Source: an uncultured bacterium
GTDB lineage: Bacteria; Abyssobacteria; SURF-5
Direction of reading: 5' to 3'
Length of the DNA stretch: 64,000 nucleotides
Assembly (NCBI GenBank): GCA_964607485.1
Contig: CAZSKP010000003.1
Coordinates: 134,622-198,621 of the forward strand
In this document: positions 18,831-28,547 of the stretch, piece after piece
How the letters are laid out: the number at the start of each line of letters is the position of its first letter
How positions within the stretch are numbered: position 1 is the stretch's first letter
Made by a program: the position numbers and the translations under genes
The notes under the pieces: generated by a model
Told to the model about the DNA's origin: nothing
Databases searched by the model: none
The model's input: only the letters and a program-made list of their open reading frames with translations

Positions 18831-20930
18831 ATGCCGTACTACGTCGGGACCGACATCGGCGGCACCTTCACGGATTGTGTGGTTCTTGATGAGACCGGAA
18901 ACATCGTCATAAGCAAGTCTCCGTCCACTCCTCCCGATTTCGCCCAGGGTCTCATGAATTCGCTTCTCGACGCGGCCGCCCAACTTGACCTGTCGGTTTC
19001 CGCTCTTCTCTCGCGGACGAAGCTCTTTTCCCACGGCTGCACCGTTGCCACAAATACGCTGATCAACCAATCCGGCGCAAAGGTGGGGGTCATAACGACA
19101 AGAGGCTTTGAAGAAACGCTTTATATCATGCGCGGTTCGGCCTATTGTCAGGGCCTCCTGGTCAGTGACTGGTATCACAAGCCACAGAATGAGCGGCCTT
19201 TCGAGATTGTTCCACTGTCGCGCATTGTTGGGATTACGGAACGCGTGGATAAAGCTGGTGATGTAATCGTGGCCATGAATGAGGACGAAGTCAGGAGGAC
19301 TGCCGAGTTTCTCATCAATGCGTGCGGCTGTGAAGCTATTGCGATTGCCTTTTTGTGGTCTTTTGTGAATCCGGCTCATGAGAGCCGGGCCAAAAATATA
19401 ATCGAGCGGGAGTTTCCCAACGTCTGTGTAAACACCAGCGCCGAGGTGGTAGCGCTGATAGGAGAATATGAGCGGTTCAGCACGGCGGTACTGAATTGCT
19501 ATCTGCGTCCTGAGGTCGATACATACGTTCACGACCTGAAAGCCCGCCTCTCCGAGAGAGAACTGGCGGCGTCATTTCTTATCATGCAGGCGCATGGCGG
19601 TTTGGCGCCGTGGGAATCGGCGGCCGGGCGCGCGGTGGCTATGCTGCAGTCGGGACCGACGGGCGGGGTCATAGCGGGTAAAGCTATCGGCTCGCTCATC
19701 AGGAAAGAGAACATTATCACCGCCGACATGGGCGGCACCTCATTCGACATCAGCCTGATTGCAGAAAGCAAACTTCGCTACACGACCAAATCTTATCATT
19801 CGCGACACGTGGTGGCGGCGCCGATGGTGGATATCGAATCCATAGGCGCGGGCGGCGGCAGCATCGCCTATGTTGATCGGAACGTCTGCAAGGTAGGCCC
19901 GCAGAGTGCAGGCGCCGATCCCGGCCCGGTTTGCTACTCGAGGGGCGGAAGCAGGCCCACTGTCACAGACGCGAACCTGGTCCTGGGTTATCTGAACCCG
20001 GAATTCTTCCTTGGCGGTAAAATGAAACTTGACACCGAGGCCGCCCGTAATGCGATCAAACGCGACGTCGCCGATCCGCTCGGCCTGACTGTGACTGAGG
20101 CCGCCTACGGCATTCATCGAATCGTCAATGCGCACATGTCCGATGCCGTCCGTTTCCATGTGCTTCACCGAGGGTATGACCCGCGCGATTTTCACCTGCT
20201 CCTGTTCGGCGGCGCCACACCGGTTCATGCCGCGGACATTGGCGAAGACCTCGAAGTCAGGTCCATCATTATTCCACTTGCAGGAATAGCGACTGTTCTT
20301 TCGGCATTCGGCATTGTCAATACGGATGTAGTGCGTACATACTCCGCCTCTCTGTCACTCCCGCTCGAACCGGATAGCATGGAAAGACTTGAGGAGCAAT
20401 ATCGGCTGCTCGAGGAACAGGGGCTTGCGGAGCTTGAGGCGGACGGATTCGAGAGGCCGAACATCGTGCTCGAACGAAGAGCAAACATCCGTTATCACCT
20501 CCAGCTTACCGAGGTCGACATTGAGCTTTCGCGAGACCCGCTTGGTGGAGATGCAGCGATAGATATCACTGAACGGTTTGACAAGCGCTACGCCGACCTG
20601 TATGGCGAAAACGCCGGATTCAAGGAGGCAGGACGCGATATCATCAGCCAGTTTGTCCGCGCCATGGCGAAAACGCCGAAAGTGAAACTCAAGAAGGCGG
20701 AGCAAAATCATTCCGGCCTTGAGTCGGCACGAAAAGGCACTCGAAACGTCTGCTTTGACGGAACGAACTTCGTGGCTGCGGATACATACGATGGTGATCT
20801 TCTGCCCGCTTACGGACAGGTATCCGGCCCAGCCGTCCTGGAAATGGCCGGAACTACCGTGCTGATTCCACCCACCTACAGAGCCGAAATGGATGCGTAT
20901 CGCAACATCTTCTTGAGGAAGAGAGGCTGA
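18831..20930 (+). CDS. Hydantoinase/oxoprolinase A (ATP-binding subunit; acetone carboxylase beta-like)
   Basis: GTDIGGTFTD, SGPTGG, DMGGTSFD, IGAGGGS, GPQSAGADPGP, TVTDAN. Confidence 0.93.
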   Translation: MPYYVGTDIGGTFTDCVVLDETGNIVISKSPSTPPDFAQGLMNSLLDAAAQLDLSVSALLSRTKLFSHGCTVATNTLINQSGAKVGVITTRGFEETLYIMRGSAYCQGLLVSDWYHKPQNERPFEIVPLSRIVGITERVDKAGDVIVAMNEDEVRRTAEFLINACGCEAIAIAFLWSFVNPAHESRAKNIIEREFPNVCVNTSAEVVALIGEYERFSTAVLNCYLRPEVDTYVHDLKARLSERELAASFLIMQAHGGLAPWESAAGRAVAMLQSGPTGGVIAGKAIGSLIRKENIITADMGGTSFDISLIAESKLRYTTKSYHSRHVVAAPMVDIESIGAGGGSIAYVDRNVCKVGPQSAGADPGPVCYSRGGSRPTVTDANLVLGYLNPEFFLGGKMKLDTEAARNAIKRDVADPLGLTVTEAAYGIHRIVNAHMSDAVRFHVLHRGYDPRDFHLLLFGGATPVHAADIGEDLEVRSIIIPLAGIATVLSAFGIVNTDVVRTYSASLSLPLEPDSMERLEEQYRLLEEQGLAELEADGFERPNIVLERRANIRYHLQLTEVDIELSRDPLGGDAAIDITERFDKRYADLYGENAGFKEAGRDIISQFVRAMAKTPKVKLKKAEQNHSGLESARKGTRNVCFDGTNFVAADTYDGDLLPAYGQVSGPAVLEMAGTTVLIPPTYRAEMDAYRNIFLRKRG

Positions 20931-20931
20931 G

Positions 20932-23289
20932 ATGGCGCCAAAACTCAAGGAATTTGGGCGGCCCCATCCGAATCTGCCGAAGCCGCATGCGCTGCGGGCG
21001 CCGTTCACAGTGCCTGAACCGCCGGTCGAGGTGGACCCGATCACCTACGAAATCATAAAGCACCGCATCTGGTATGCCGGCCTTTCGCTCGGTGAAACGC
21101 TCAAGAAAGTATCGGGCACCATTGTCACGGCGGAGGCCAATGACATGAGTTCCTACATAACCTTGGAGGACGGCGCACCGGTCTTCATCGGGCCTTACGT
21201 CATCTTTCATTCGGGCAATTCCGACCTCATCATTTCGAATGTCATAAGGCTCAATAAGGAAGACCCCGGGATATATGACGGCGACATGTTTTTTGTGAAC
21301 GACCCCTGGCTCGGACCGGCGCATCAGCCGGATTGCGCGATCGTTGCACCAATATTCCTTGACGACAAGCTTTTCTGCTGGACCGGCCTCACGGTACACC
21401 AACTCGATCTTGGCGGCGTCGATCCCGGCGGCCTGTGCCCGAATGCTCGCAATGTCTATGCCGAGCCGACGCTGTTCCCGGCCGTCAAGATCGTCGAGCG
21501 CGGGAAATTTCGAACCGATTTCGACCGCCTGCTCCGAAGGAACTCGCGAATGCCCGGCATCGTGGCCCTGGATATCAGGTCGATGATTGCCGGCAACAAC
21601 GCCTGCCGACGGGATATCCTGAAGCTGGTTGCCCAATACGGCAAGGAAGCAGTCAAATCGGTAATGATCATGATGATCAGGAAGACCTCGGAAAAATTTA
21701 AAGAACGGCTGCGGGAGTTGCCTCGCGGGACGTTTCGATGCCGCGACTGGAACGAGATTGGTGGAGCCGCCCCCGAACTGCAGGACGAGGTCTACCAGAT
21801 GGAGTGCACGCTCACGAACACGGGCGAAAAATTGATATTCGACTTCTCCGGAACCTCTGTCCAGTGCACCGGCTTCGCCAATTGCGGAGTGGGCGGCATG
21901 CGGAGCGGCGTCATATCCGGGTTCGCGGAGCCGGTGGCTTTTGATATCCCTTGGAATGCGGGAATCCTGGAGAACGTGGAAATCATTTCACAGGAAGGCA
22001 CCATCAACAATCCCAAATATCCCGCTGCGCTCTCCGACGGGATAACTGAAGGCGCTATCGTGACGGCGGCCGCTTCGGCCGGCGCTGTTATGAGGATGGT
22101 GCTCGGCCACCGGGAACTTCGCGACAAGACGCTCATCAACAGCGGCGCGGCTTTCCTTGGCAACACGCTTGGAGGCATGAACGAGAAGGGAGAGTTCTGG
22201 GGCACCTTGCTAATGGATGTCATCGGAATGTGTTCCATGCCGACGGGTGTTCGCGACGGTAGGGACATCACGGGCTCGGGCGGGATACCGTACACACAGT
22301 TTTCCAATGTCGAAACGAATGAATTGCATTATCCGATGCTCTACTTGTACCGAAGGCTTGGAAAAGACGCCTGGGGCCATGGATACCACCGCGGCGGGCG
22401 CTCGATCGAGCTTGCGTTCAAGCCGCACAAGACGGGAGCAATATACATGCTCCTGTGGAACCACGGCGCTGAATTCTCAAACAGCGTGGGTCTCTCCGGC
22501 GGCCTGGGAGCCAGCGCTGTCCGGTTCAAGGTGGCCCGGAATACCGACATCGAAGAAAGATTCCTGGCAGGCTCCCTGCCTGTGAGCATCGATGAATTTC
22601 CAACGCAGGCGCTAAAGGCCAAAAGTGAAAACCTGCTCGGTTGCGATGACTTGATCTATTTCGGAGTGCCCGGTGGAGGCGGATACGGCGACCCGTTGAA
22701 GCGCGAACCCGAACGAGTCCTCGCCAATATCAAGGAAGGGATACTCACCGCTCAGGATGCACTCAAGTTTTATGGGGTTGTCGTCAAAGGGGAAGAGCCG
22801 GAAGTCGATCTTGAGGCCACCCAGGCGGAGCGGGCGCGAATACGGAAGGCGCGACTTGCTTACGGCCGATATCTCGATGAATGGGATGAGTTGACGCCTC
22901 GGGAGAACGCATCGCCGGTTTCCCCGAGACCTGTGCGCCAGAAATGCACGCCGGCAGATCCCGTTCGAGATTTGATTGCAGTGGGAATGGGATTAAAAAT
23001 CGTTCGCGACGGCGCAAGCAGGCACTGGTGGGCGTGCTCCGATTGCGGGCACGTGTACTGTGCGGCCGAGGACAATCCGAAGCATGCGGCGCTCATGCAG
23101 GTAGGATATCTTTCCCAGATTTCTCACCCGACCGCAGAGATGGCCAGGCGCGACCCCCCGCGCTTCTTTCTCCGACAATTCTATTGCCCTGTTTGCGCTC
23201 TTACGTTTGCAAACGAGATGGCGCGCGCGGACGACCCGGTACTCGATGATATTGATTACGACCCTGCCTGGCTGGCGGCACAAGAATGA
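20932..23289 (+). CDS. Hydantoinase B/oxoprolinase subunit with C-terminal acetone-carboxylase-gamma-like Zn domain
   Basis: VDPITYEII, NDPWLGPAHQPD, HQLDLGG, GGGGYGDP; C-terminal CSDCGH...RQFYCPVC. Confidence 0.9.
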   Translation: MAPKLKEFGRPHPNLPKPHALRAPFTVPEPPVEVDPITYEIIKHRIWYAGLSLGETLKKVSGTIVTAEANDMSSYITLEDGAPVFIGPYVIFHSGNSDLIISNVIRLNKEDPGIYDGDMFFVNDPWLGPAHQPDCAIVAPIFLDDKLFCWTGLTVHQLDLGGVDPGGLCPNARNVYAEPTLFPAVKIVERGKFRTDFDRLLRRNSRMPGIVALDIRSMIAGNNACRRDILKLVAQYGKEAVKSVMIMMIRKTSEKFKERLRELPRGTFRCRDWNEIGGAAPELQDEVYQMECTLTNTGEKLIFDFSGTSVQCTGFANCGVGGMRSGVISGFAEPVAFDIPWNAGILENVEIISQEGTINNPKYPAALSDGITEGAIVTAAASAGAVMRMVLGHRELRDKTLINSGAAFLGNTLGGMNEKGEFWGTLLMDVIGMCSMPTGVRDGRDITGSGGIPYTQFSNVETNELHYPMLYLYRRLGKDAWGHGYHRGGRSIELAFKPHKTGAIYMLLWNHGAEFSNSVGLSGGLGASAVRFKVARNTDIEERFLAGSLPVSIDEFPTQALKAKSENLLGCDDLIYFGVPGGGGYGDPLKREPERVLANIKEGILTAQDALKFYGVVVKGEEPEVDLEATQAERARIRKARLAYGRYLDEWDELTPRENASPVSPRPVRQKCTPADPVRDLIAVGMGLKIVRDGASRHWWACSDCGHVYCAAEDNPKHAALMQVGYLSQISHPTAEMARRDPPRFFLRQFYCPVCALTFANEMARADDPVLDDIDYDPAWLAAQE

Positions 23290-23311
23290 CTATCGAAGGG
23301 AGGGGCGAGCC

Positions 23312-24820
23312 ATGAATCTCATGAGGGATTTCGCGAACTGGGTCGAGCGCAGACCGGAGGCGCCCGCGCTCATCCATGAAGACAGGGTCTATTCCTACGG
23401 CGAACTCATGCAGCTTATCGACAAATGTGGGCTGGCCATGAAGAAGTTGGGAGTGGGACCCGGCGAACGGGTGGCGCTCATGATGAACAATCGGCCCGAA
23501 TTCGTAGTGGCCTATCAGGCGACGGTAAAGATTGGGGCAATTATCGTTCCGATCAACACATTTCTCAAGGAGGCTGAACTGCTGCATCAGGTGAATGATG
23601 TCGGCGCCAGAGTCTTTATCGGAAACGATTGGGCCGCCGCGCCAGTGAGCGGCATCAAAGACAAACTCGAAACCGTCGAACAAATCATCCTCACCGGAGT
23701 TGAAGGGTACGCGGATTTTCAGGATTTCATCGGGTCTGAGCGAGGCGTACTTGAGATGTACGATGCACATGATGACGACGTGGCCGTGATCAAATATACC
23801 GCCGGCACCACCGGCAGACCAAAGGGCGTGATGCAGACGCACGGCAGTATCTATCGCTTCATGCGCGACACCATGAACATTCGCTCCATCGAGTCTGAGC
23901 ATTGTATTCTCCTGTTCGTTCCGATGTTTCATGGGTTTGGGGACCATTGCTGCATGAATCCGGTCCTCATGTGCGGCGCCAGCTTTGTGATCATGGACCC
24001 TTTTCATCCGGATGAGATTTTTCAGGCGATTCAAGGTTACAAATGTAGATATTTCGGCTGCACCCCTTCGATGTTGTATGGCCTCATGCATTCCGCCGAT
24101 GCCGAGAAATATGACCTCTCCAGTCTTGATCAGGTTTTGACGGGAGGCGGACCGGTAACGCGTGATATCGCCGAGGGCTTCGAGCGGAAGTTCGGCATAA
24201 AAGTACTGCAGGGCTATGGCCTCTCCGAAGGGACGGCGGGGTACACCTATACCAGGCTGGACATGCCGTTCAAAGAAGGTTCATGCGGAATTCCACTGCC
24301 CGGCGTTGAATTGAAGATTGTGGACGAGCAGGGCGCTGAAGTTCCCGTTGGCCAACCCGGCGAGGTCGTGGCAAGAAGCAGCTACAACATGAAAGGATAC
24401 TGGAATAATCCGGGAGAGACCGAAAAGACGATCAGGAACGAGTGGCTGCACACCGGCGACGTCGGCCGCCTGGATGAAGAAGGCTACCTGTATGTGATGG
24501 ATCGCAAGAAAGACATGATCATCATGAGCGGCGAGAATATCTATCCGGTCGAGATCGAGGAGATCCTTCTGCAACATCCCGCCGTGGCTCAAGCCGCCGT
24601 AATCGGTGCGCCGGAACCCAGGCGAGGCGAAGTTCCATGCGCGGTCGTGGTGCTCCATCCGGGCGCAAGCCTGACGGAACATGAACTGATCGAGTTCTGC
24701 AAGCCGAAGATGGCCTCTTTCAAGGTTCCGCGCATGGTCAAGTTCCGAGACAGCATGCCTTTGAGCGCGCAGTTCAAGGTCCTAAAGAGAGAGCTTCGAA
24801 GCGAGTACTTCGGCTCTTGA
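23312..24820 (+). CDS. AMP-forming acyl-CoA ligase
   Basis: YTAGTTGRPKG, QGYGLSE, TGD, DRKKDMII.SGENIYP.EIE. Confidence 0.93.
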   Translation: MNLMRDFANWVERRPEAPALIHEDRVYSYGELMQLIDKCGLAMKKLGVGPGERVALMMNNRPEFVVAYQATVKIGAIIVPINTFLKEAELLHQVNDVGARVFIGNDWAAAPVSGIKDKLETVEQIILTGVEGYADFQDFIGSERGVLEMYDAHDDDVAVIKYTAGTTGRPKGVMQTHGSIYRFMRDTMNIRSIESEHCILLFVPMFHGFGDHCCMNPVLMCGASFVIMDPFHPDEIFQAIQGYKCRYFGCTPSMLYGLMHSADAEKYDLSSLDQVLTGGGPVTRDIAEGFERKFGIKVLQGYGLSEGTAGYTYTRLDMPFKEGSCGIPLPGVELKIVDEQGAEVPVGQPGEVVARSSYNMKGYWNNPGETEKTIRNEWLHTGDVGRLDEEGYLYVMDRKKDMIIMSGENIYPVEIEEILLQHPAVAQAAVIGAPEPRRGEVPCAVVVLHPGASLTEHELIEFCKPKMASFKVPRMVKFRDSMPLSAQFKVLKRELRSEYFGS

Positions 24821-24835
24821 GGAGGTGGATTCACG

Positions 24836-26494
24836 ATGGAACAGAATGAACGAAGAATCGCCGAGGAAAAAGAGAGATGGGAGCGCGAGCAGAAAATACA
24901 TGATATTCCGCCGTTGAATACCGACACAATGGGGTACGAACATAAGGTGGTTTACACTCCCGCCGATGTCGATCCTTCTTCCTATCTCGGACAGGTGGGT
25001 TTCCCGGGCGAATTTCCGTACACTCGCGGCGTGTATCCCGCCATGTACCGAAAGGCACTCATGCGATTTCCCCAGTACTCGGGATTCGGCACGCCGGAGG
25101 ATACGAACAACCGCTGGAAATACCTCATCAGTCACGGGCAGATGACGGTGAACCTTGCTTTTGATCTTCCGACTCACATCGGTCACGATTCGGACGATCC
25201 GGAGATCGAGGACGAAGTGGGCAGGGTCGGCGTAGCTATCGATTCGCTGCGCGATTTCGAGGTGCTTTTTGATGGAATCCCGCTCGTGCCCGCCTTTTTC
25301 AATACGATGGGGCCGGCATCGATCCTGCTGGCTATGTACATCGCGATGGGAGAGAAGAAGGATATTCCTCCTTCCAGTGTAATGGGCGCTTTCACCAACG
25401 ACCCGATTGCCGTATGCGCATGCAGGGGAAACTGGGTCTTTCCGATCAAACCCAGCCTGCGGCTCGTCACCGACATGATCGAGTATTGCTGCAAGAACAT
25501 GCCCCGTTTTTATCCCATGAACATCCAGGGCGTCTTTTATCGTGCTGTTGGAGGTTCGATCCCGCAGGAGGTCGGTTACACCTATGCGGCGGCGCTCACG
25601 TATATTAACAGCGCATTGGAAAGAGGACTCAGCATAGACGACTTCGCTCCACGTCTGAGTTTTTTCATTTCGTGCGGGCCGGAGTTTTTGGCCGAATGCG
25701 CCAAATTCAGGGCTGCGCGCCGCCTATGGGCAAGACTGATGCGGGACCGATATGATGCAAAAGACAAGAACTCGCTCCGCGCCCGCATGACCAGCGCGAC
25801 CGGCGGTTCCTATTTTCAGGCAATAGAGCCGCTGAACAACCTGATGCGCGGCGCGTATGCGATATTGGGAGCGGCGCTCGGCGGCGCGCAGGCATTGTTC
25901 ATTGCCGGATATGACGAGGCCTATGCGATTCCCACAGAGGAGACGGCGCGTCTCGGCCTGCGAACGACCCAAATATTGGCGGAAGAAACCGATGTCTGCC
26001 GCACGGTAGACCCGCTTGCAGGCTCCTACTATATCGAGGACCTCACTAACTTCATCGAAAAGGAAGCCGAGCGGTATCTCAAGGATATCGAAGAACATGG
26101 CGGCGCAGCGGAGGCAGTCGATTCGGGTTACATGCGTCGCGAGCTCGACCGTGTTTTCAAGACGCAGCACGAGAAACGTCTTTGCGGAGAAATACCTATA
26201 GTGGGCGTCACCAAACATAAACACGAAGGCGAGCAGGAAAAGGAAATCGAAATTCATCAGCCCAGCCCCGAGGCTCTGCGCCTGCAAATTGAACGGCTCA
26301 AACAGGTGAAGGCTGAGCGCGACGCCGCCGAGGTGAAAAGACGGCTTCAGCGCGTGAGAACGGCCGCGAAAGGCGAGGAAAATCTGATCCCGATTTTCAT
26401 TGACGCGGTCAAGGCGTATTGCACGCTGGGCGAAATCATGGGAGTGCTCAAGGAAGAATTCGGGGAATTCAAAGAGCCGAGATACAGCGCCTGA
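24836..26494 (+). CDS. B12-dependent acyl-CoA mutase, substrate-binding large subunit (divergent)
   Basis: [46 protein letters not shown]. Confidence 0.92.
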   Translation: MEQNERRIAEEKERWEREQKIHDIPPLNTDTMGYEHKVVYTPADVDPSSYLGQVGFPGEFPYTRGVYPAMYRKALMRFPQYSGFGTPEDTNNRWKYLISHGQMTVNLAFDLPTHIGHDSDDPEIEDEVGRVGVAIDSLRDFEVLFDGIPLVPAFFNTMGPASILLAMYIAMGEKKDIPPSSVMGAFTNDPIAVCACRGNWVFPIKPSLRLVTDMIEYCCKNMPRFYPMNIQGVFYRAVGGSIPQEVGYTYAAALTYINSALERGLSIDDFAPRLSFFISCGPEFLAECAKFRAARRLWARLMRDRYDAKDKNSLRARMTSATGGSYFQAIEPLNNLMRGAYAILGAALGGAQALFIAGYDEAYAIPTEETARLGLRTTQILAEETDVCRTVDPLAGSYYIEDLTNFIEKEAERYLKDIEEHGGAAEAVDSGYMRRELDRVFKTQHEKRLCGEIPIVGVTKHKHEGEQEKEIEIHQPSPEALRLQIERLKQVKAERDAAEVKRRLQRVRTAAKGEENLIPIFIDAVKAYCTLGEIMGVLKEEFGEFKEPRYSA

Positions 26495-26520
26495 ATCGGA
26501 AGCGAGTATGGAGGTCTGAG

Positions 26521-26919
26521 ATGGAAAGGAAATTGAGAGTTCTGGTAGCCAAGCCTGGCCTGGACGGGCACGACATGGGCGCCAGACTCATATGCCAGAT
26601 TCTGCGGGACGCAGGTGTCGAGGTGATATACACCGGCCTCAGACAAAGCGTCGACGCTATTGTCACTTCGGCGATACAGGAGGATGTGGACGTCGTTGGC
26701 CTGAGCATCCTTTCGGGAGCGCACCTGGGGCTGACTCGCAAAATCATCAGTGGACTCAATGCCGCCAAGGCCGGAGACAAGGCTGTTATCGTTGGAGGGC
26801 TCATTCTCAAGGGAGACGAGGCCAAACTCAAAGAGATGGGCGTCAAAGCGGTATTTCCCTCGGCGACGCCGTATGACGAAATCAGGAAATATTTTCAAAA
26901 CTACAGGACATCAGATTAA
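26521..26919 (+). CDS. Cobalamin-binding small subunit of acyl-CoA mutase
   Basis: AKPGLDGHDMG (DxHxxG), GLSILSGAH, GG. Confidence 0.93.
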   Translation: MERKLRVLVAKPGLDGHDMGARLICQILRDAGVEVIYTGLRQSVDAIVTSAIQEDVDVVGLSILSGAHLGLTRKIISGLNAAKAGDKAVIVGGLILKGDEAKLKEMGVKAVFPSATPYDEIRKYFQNYRTSD

Positions 26920-26974
26920 GGACCATTCGGCTGAACGACATAAACAAACCGGGAGACGCCGAAAGGAGAGGGCC

Positions 26975-28126
26975 ATGAACTTTGAAATACCCGAAGAGAC
27001 GAGACAATTGCGGGACGCGTTGCGGCGATTTATCGAAAAGGAAATCAGGCCGCTCGACGAGCAAGTCAGAGAGCAAGATGACATACCTCTCGACCTTATT
27101 ACCGAGGCCAGACGGCGAGGCGTCGCTGCAGGTTTCTACGGCATGTTCATGCCGGAGGAGGTCGGCGGCGGCGGGCTCTCGATCCTTCCGACGACGCTTG
27201 TTTTCGAAGACATTGCCATGCAGGGCTCGCGAATGGCTCGTTTTGCGCTCGGGGCGCATGGTGGCCCCACACCGATCCTGCTAGCGTGCAACGAAGAGCA
27301 GCGCGAGCGTTTCCTCATGCCGGTGATGCGGGGCGAGAAGACCAACTGCTTTGCTTTGACCGAGCCGGGCGCCGGTTCCGACGCCGCGGCCATTCAGACC
27401 ACCGCCGTGAAAGACGGCGACAAGTACGTGATCAATGGAGTCAAGCACTTCATTACCAACGGCCCGTATGCAGACTTTGCGATGGTGTACGCGATCACGG
27501 ATAAAGAACTCGGCGCGCGCGGAGGAGTGACATGTTTTCTCGTTGAAAAAGGGACGCCCGGTTTTTCCGTTGCGCGCGTTCAAGAGACGATGGCAGGCGA
27601 CAACCTGCAGGCCGAACTCGCGTTTGAGGATTGTGTGGTTCCCGAAAAGAATATCCTGGGTGAACCTGGACAGGGATTCCTGCTGGCAATGCGGTGGATC
27701 GGACATGGGCGGCTTCTTATCGGCGCCATGTGTGTCGGAGTGTCGGAACTGCTGCTCAGAATGTCAACCGATTATGCAAAGCAGCGCGAGCAGTTCGGAA
27801 AGCCGATCTCGAGCAAACAGGCGATACAGTGGATGCTCTCGGATTCGGCAACTGAAATATATGCGGGCCGGATGATGCTGTACAATGCGGCGTGGAAAGC
27901 CGATCAGGGCGAGAACATCATCAAGGAAACCTCAATGGTCAAGCTGTATGCGACCGAGATGGTAAATCGGATAGCCGATCGCGCGCTCCAGATTCACGGC
28001 GGCATGGGCTACATGCGCGAGTTTCCCATTGAGCGCATCTTCCGAGAGGTGCGCGTGCTCCGTATCGTCGAGGGCACTTCCGAAATCCAGCGGTTCATCA
28101 TTTCGAGGTTCCTGCTGAACGGATGA
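26975..28126 (+). CDS. Acyl-CoA dehydrogenase
   Basis: FALTEPGAGSD, NGVKHFITN, REQFGKPI, QIHGGMGY, RIVEGTSE. Confidence 0.94.
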   Translation: MNFEIPEETRQLRDALRRFIEKEIRPLDEQVREQDDIPLDLITEARRRGVAAGFYGMFMPEEVGGGGLSILPTTLVFEDIAMQGSRMARFALGAHGGPTPILLACNEEQRERFLMPVMRGEKTNCFALTEPGAGSDAAAIQTTAVKDGDKYVINGVKHFITNGPYADFAMVYAITDKELGARGGVTCFLVEKGTPGFSVARVQETMAGDNLQAELAFEDCVVPEKNILGEPGQGFLLAMRWIGHGRLLIGAMCVGVSELLLRMSTDYAKQREQFGKPISSKQAIQWMLSDSATEIYAGRMMLYNAAWKADQGENIIKETSMVKLYATEMVNRIADRALQIHGGMGYMREFPIERIFREVRVLRIVEGTSEIQRFIISRFLLNG

Positions 28127-28220
28127 TTTGAGCGGCCGTCAGGGAAAGCAGGGAACGCGTCGCCGCCGCGGGAGGGCACAACGTGCTCATGTGACCGTCT
28201 CCGGTAACTGGAGACCTTTG

Positions 28221-28376
28221 ATGCGCAGTTCTATCAGAAGAAAAAAACTGTTGGCATTGATCGCGGTCGTTATCATAATATCAATGCTCTTGCTGTTTCT
28301 GGCTGGATATATCTTAGGACCTGATAGAATATGGTATCCTGCCCCCAGGTTCCAAACTTCTAATCCAGAAAAATAG
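28221..28376 (+). CDS. Possible small single-TM protein
   Basis: MRSSIRRKKLLALIAVVIIISMLLLFLAGYILG; GGAG upstream; AT-richer than flanks. Confidence 0.35.
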   Translation: MRSSIRRKKLLALIAVVIIISMLLLFLAGYILGPDRIWYPAPRFQTSNPEK

Positions 28377-28401
28377 AGCAAGAATGGAGGGTTAAACCCT
28401 A

Positions 28402-28500
28402 TATAACATTCTCTTGATAGTCCCGCCCGGCTCGGGCAAGACGATGCTGACTAAACGTCTTGCGACCACCCTTCCCGACATGAACTCCAACAACACCTGA
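28402..28500 (+). pseudogene. comM: comM/yifB (Mg-chelatase-like ATPase) Walker A fragment
   Basis: Translates YNILLIVPPGSGKTMLTKRLATTLPDM, matching the ComM pattern HN.L..GPPGSGKTMLA.RL..ILP. Confidence 0.7.
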
Positions 28501-28547
28501 AAGATTTTCTGGACCACCTGAAGGACCGTGGAGTCGGTTCAAGGTAC

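Noticed and set aside
18831-23289. Naming the pair acxAB (acetone carboxylase) or hyuAB
   Set aside because: The family is clear but the substrate is not. The downstream dicarboxylate-type mutase does not fit simple acetone carboxylation, so no symbol was assigned.
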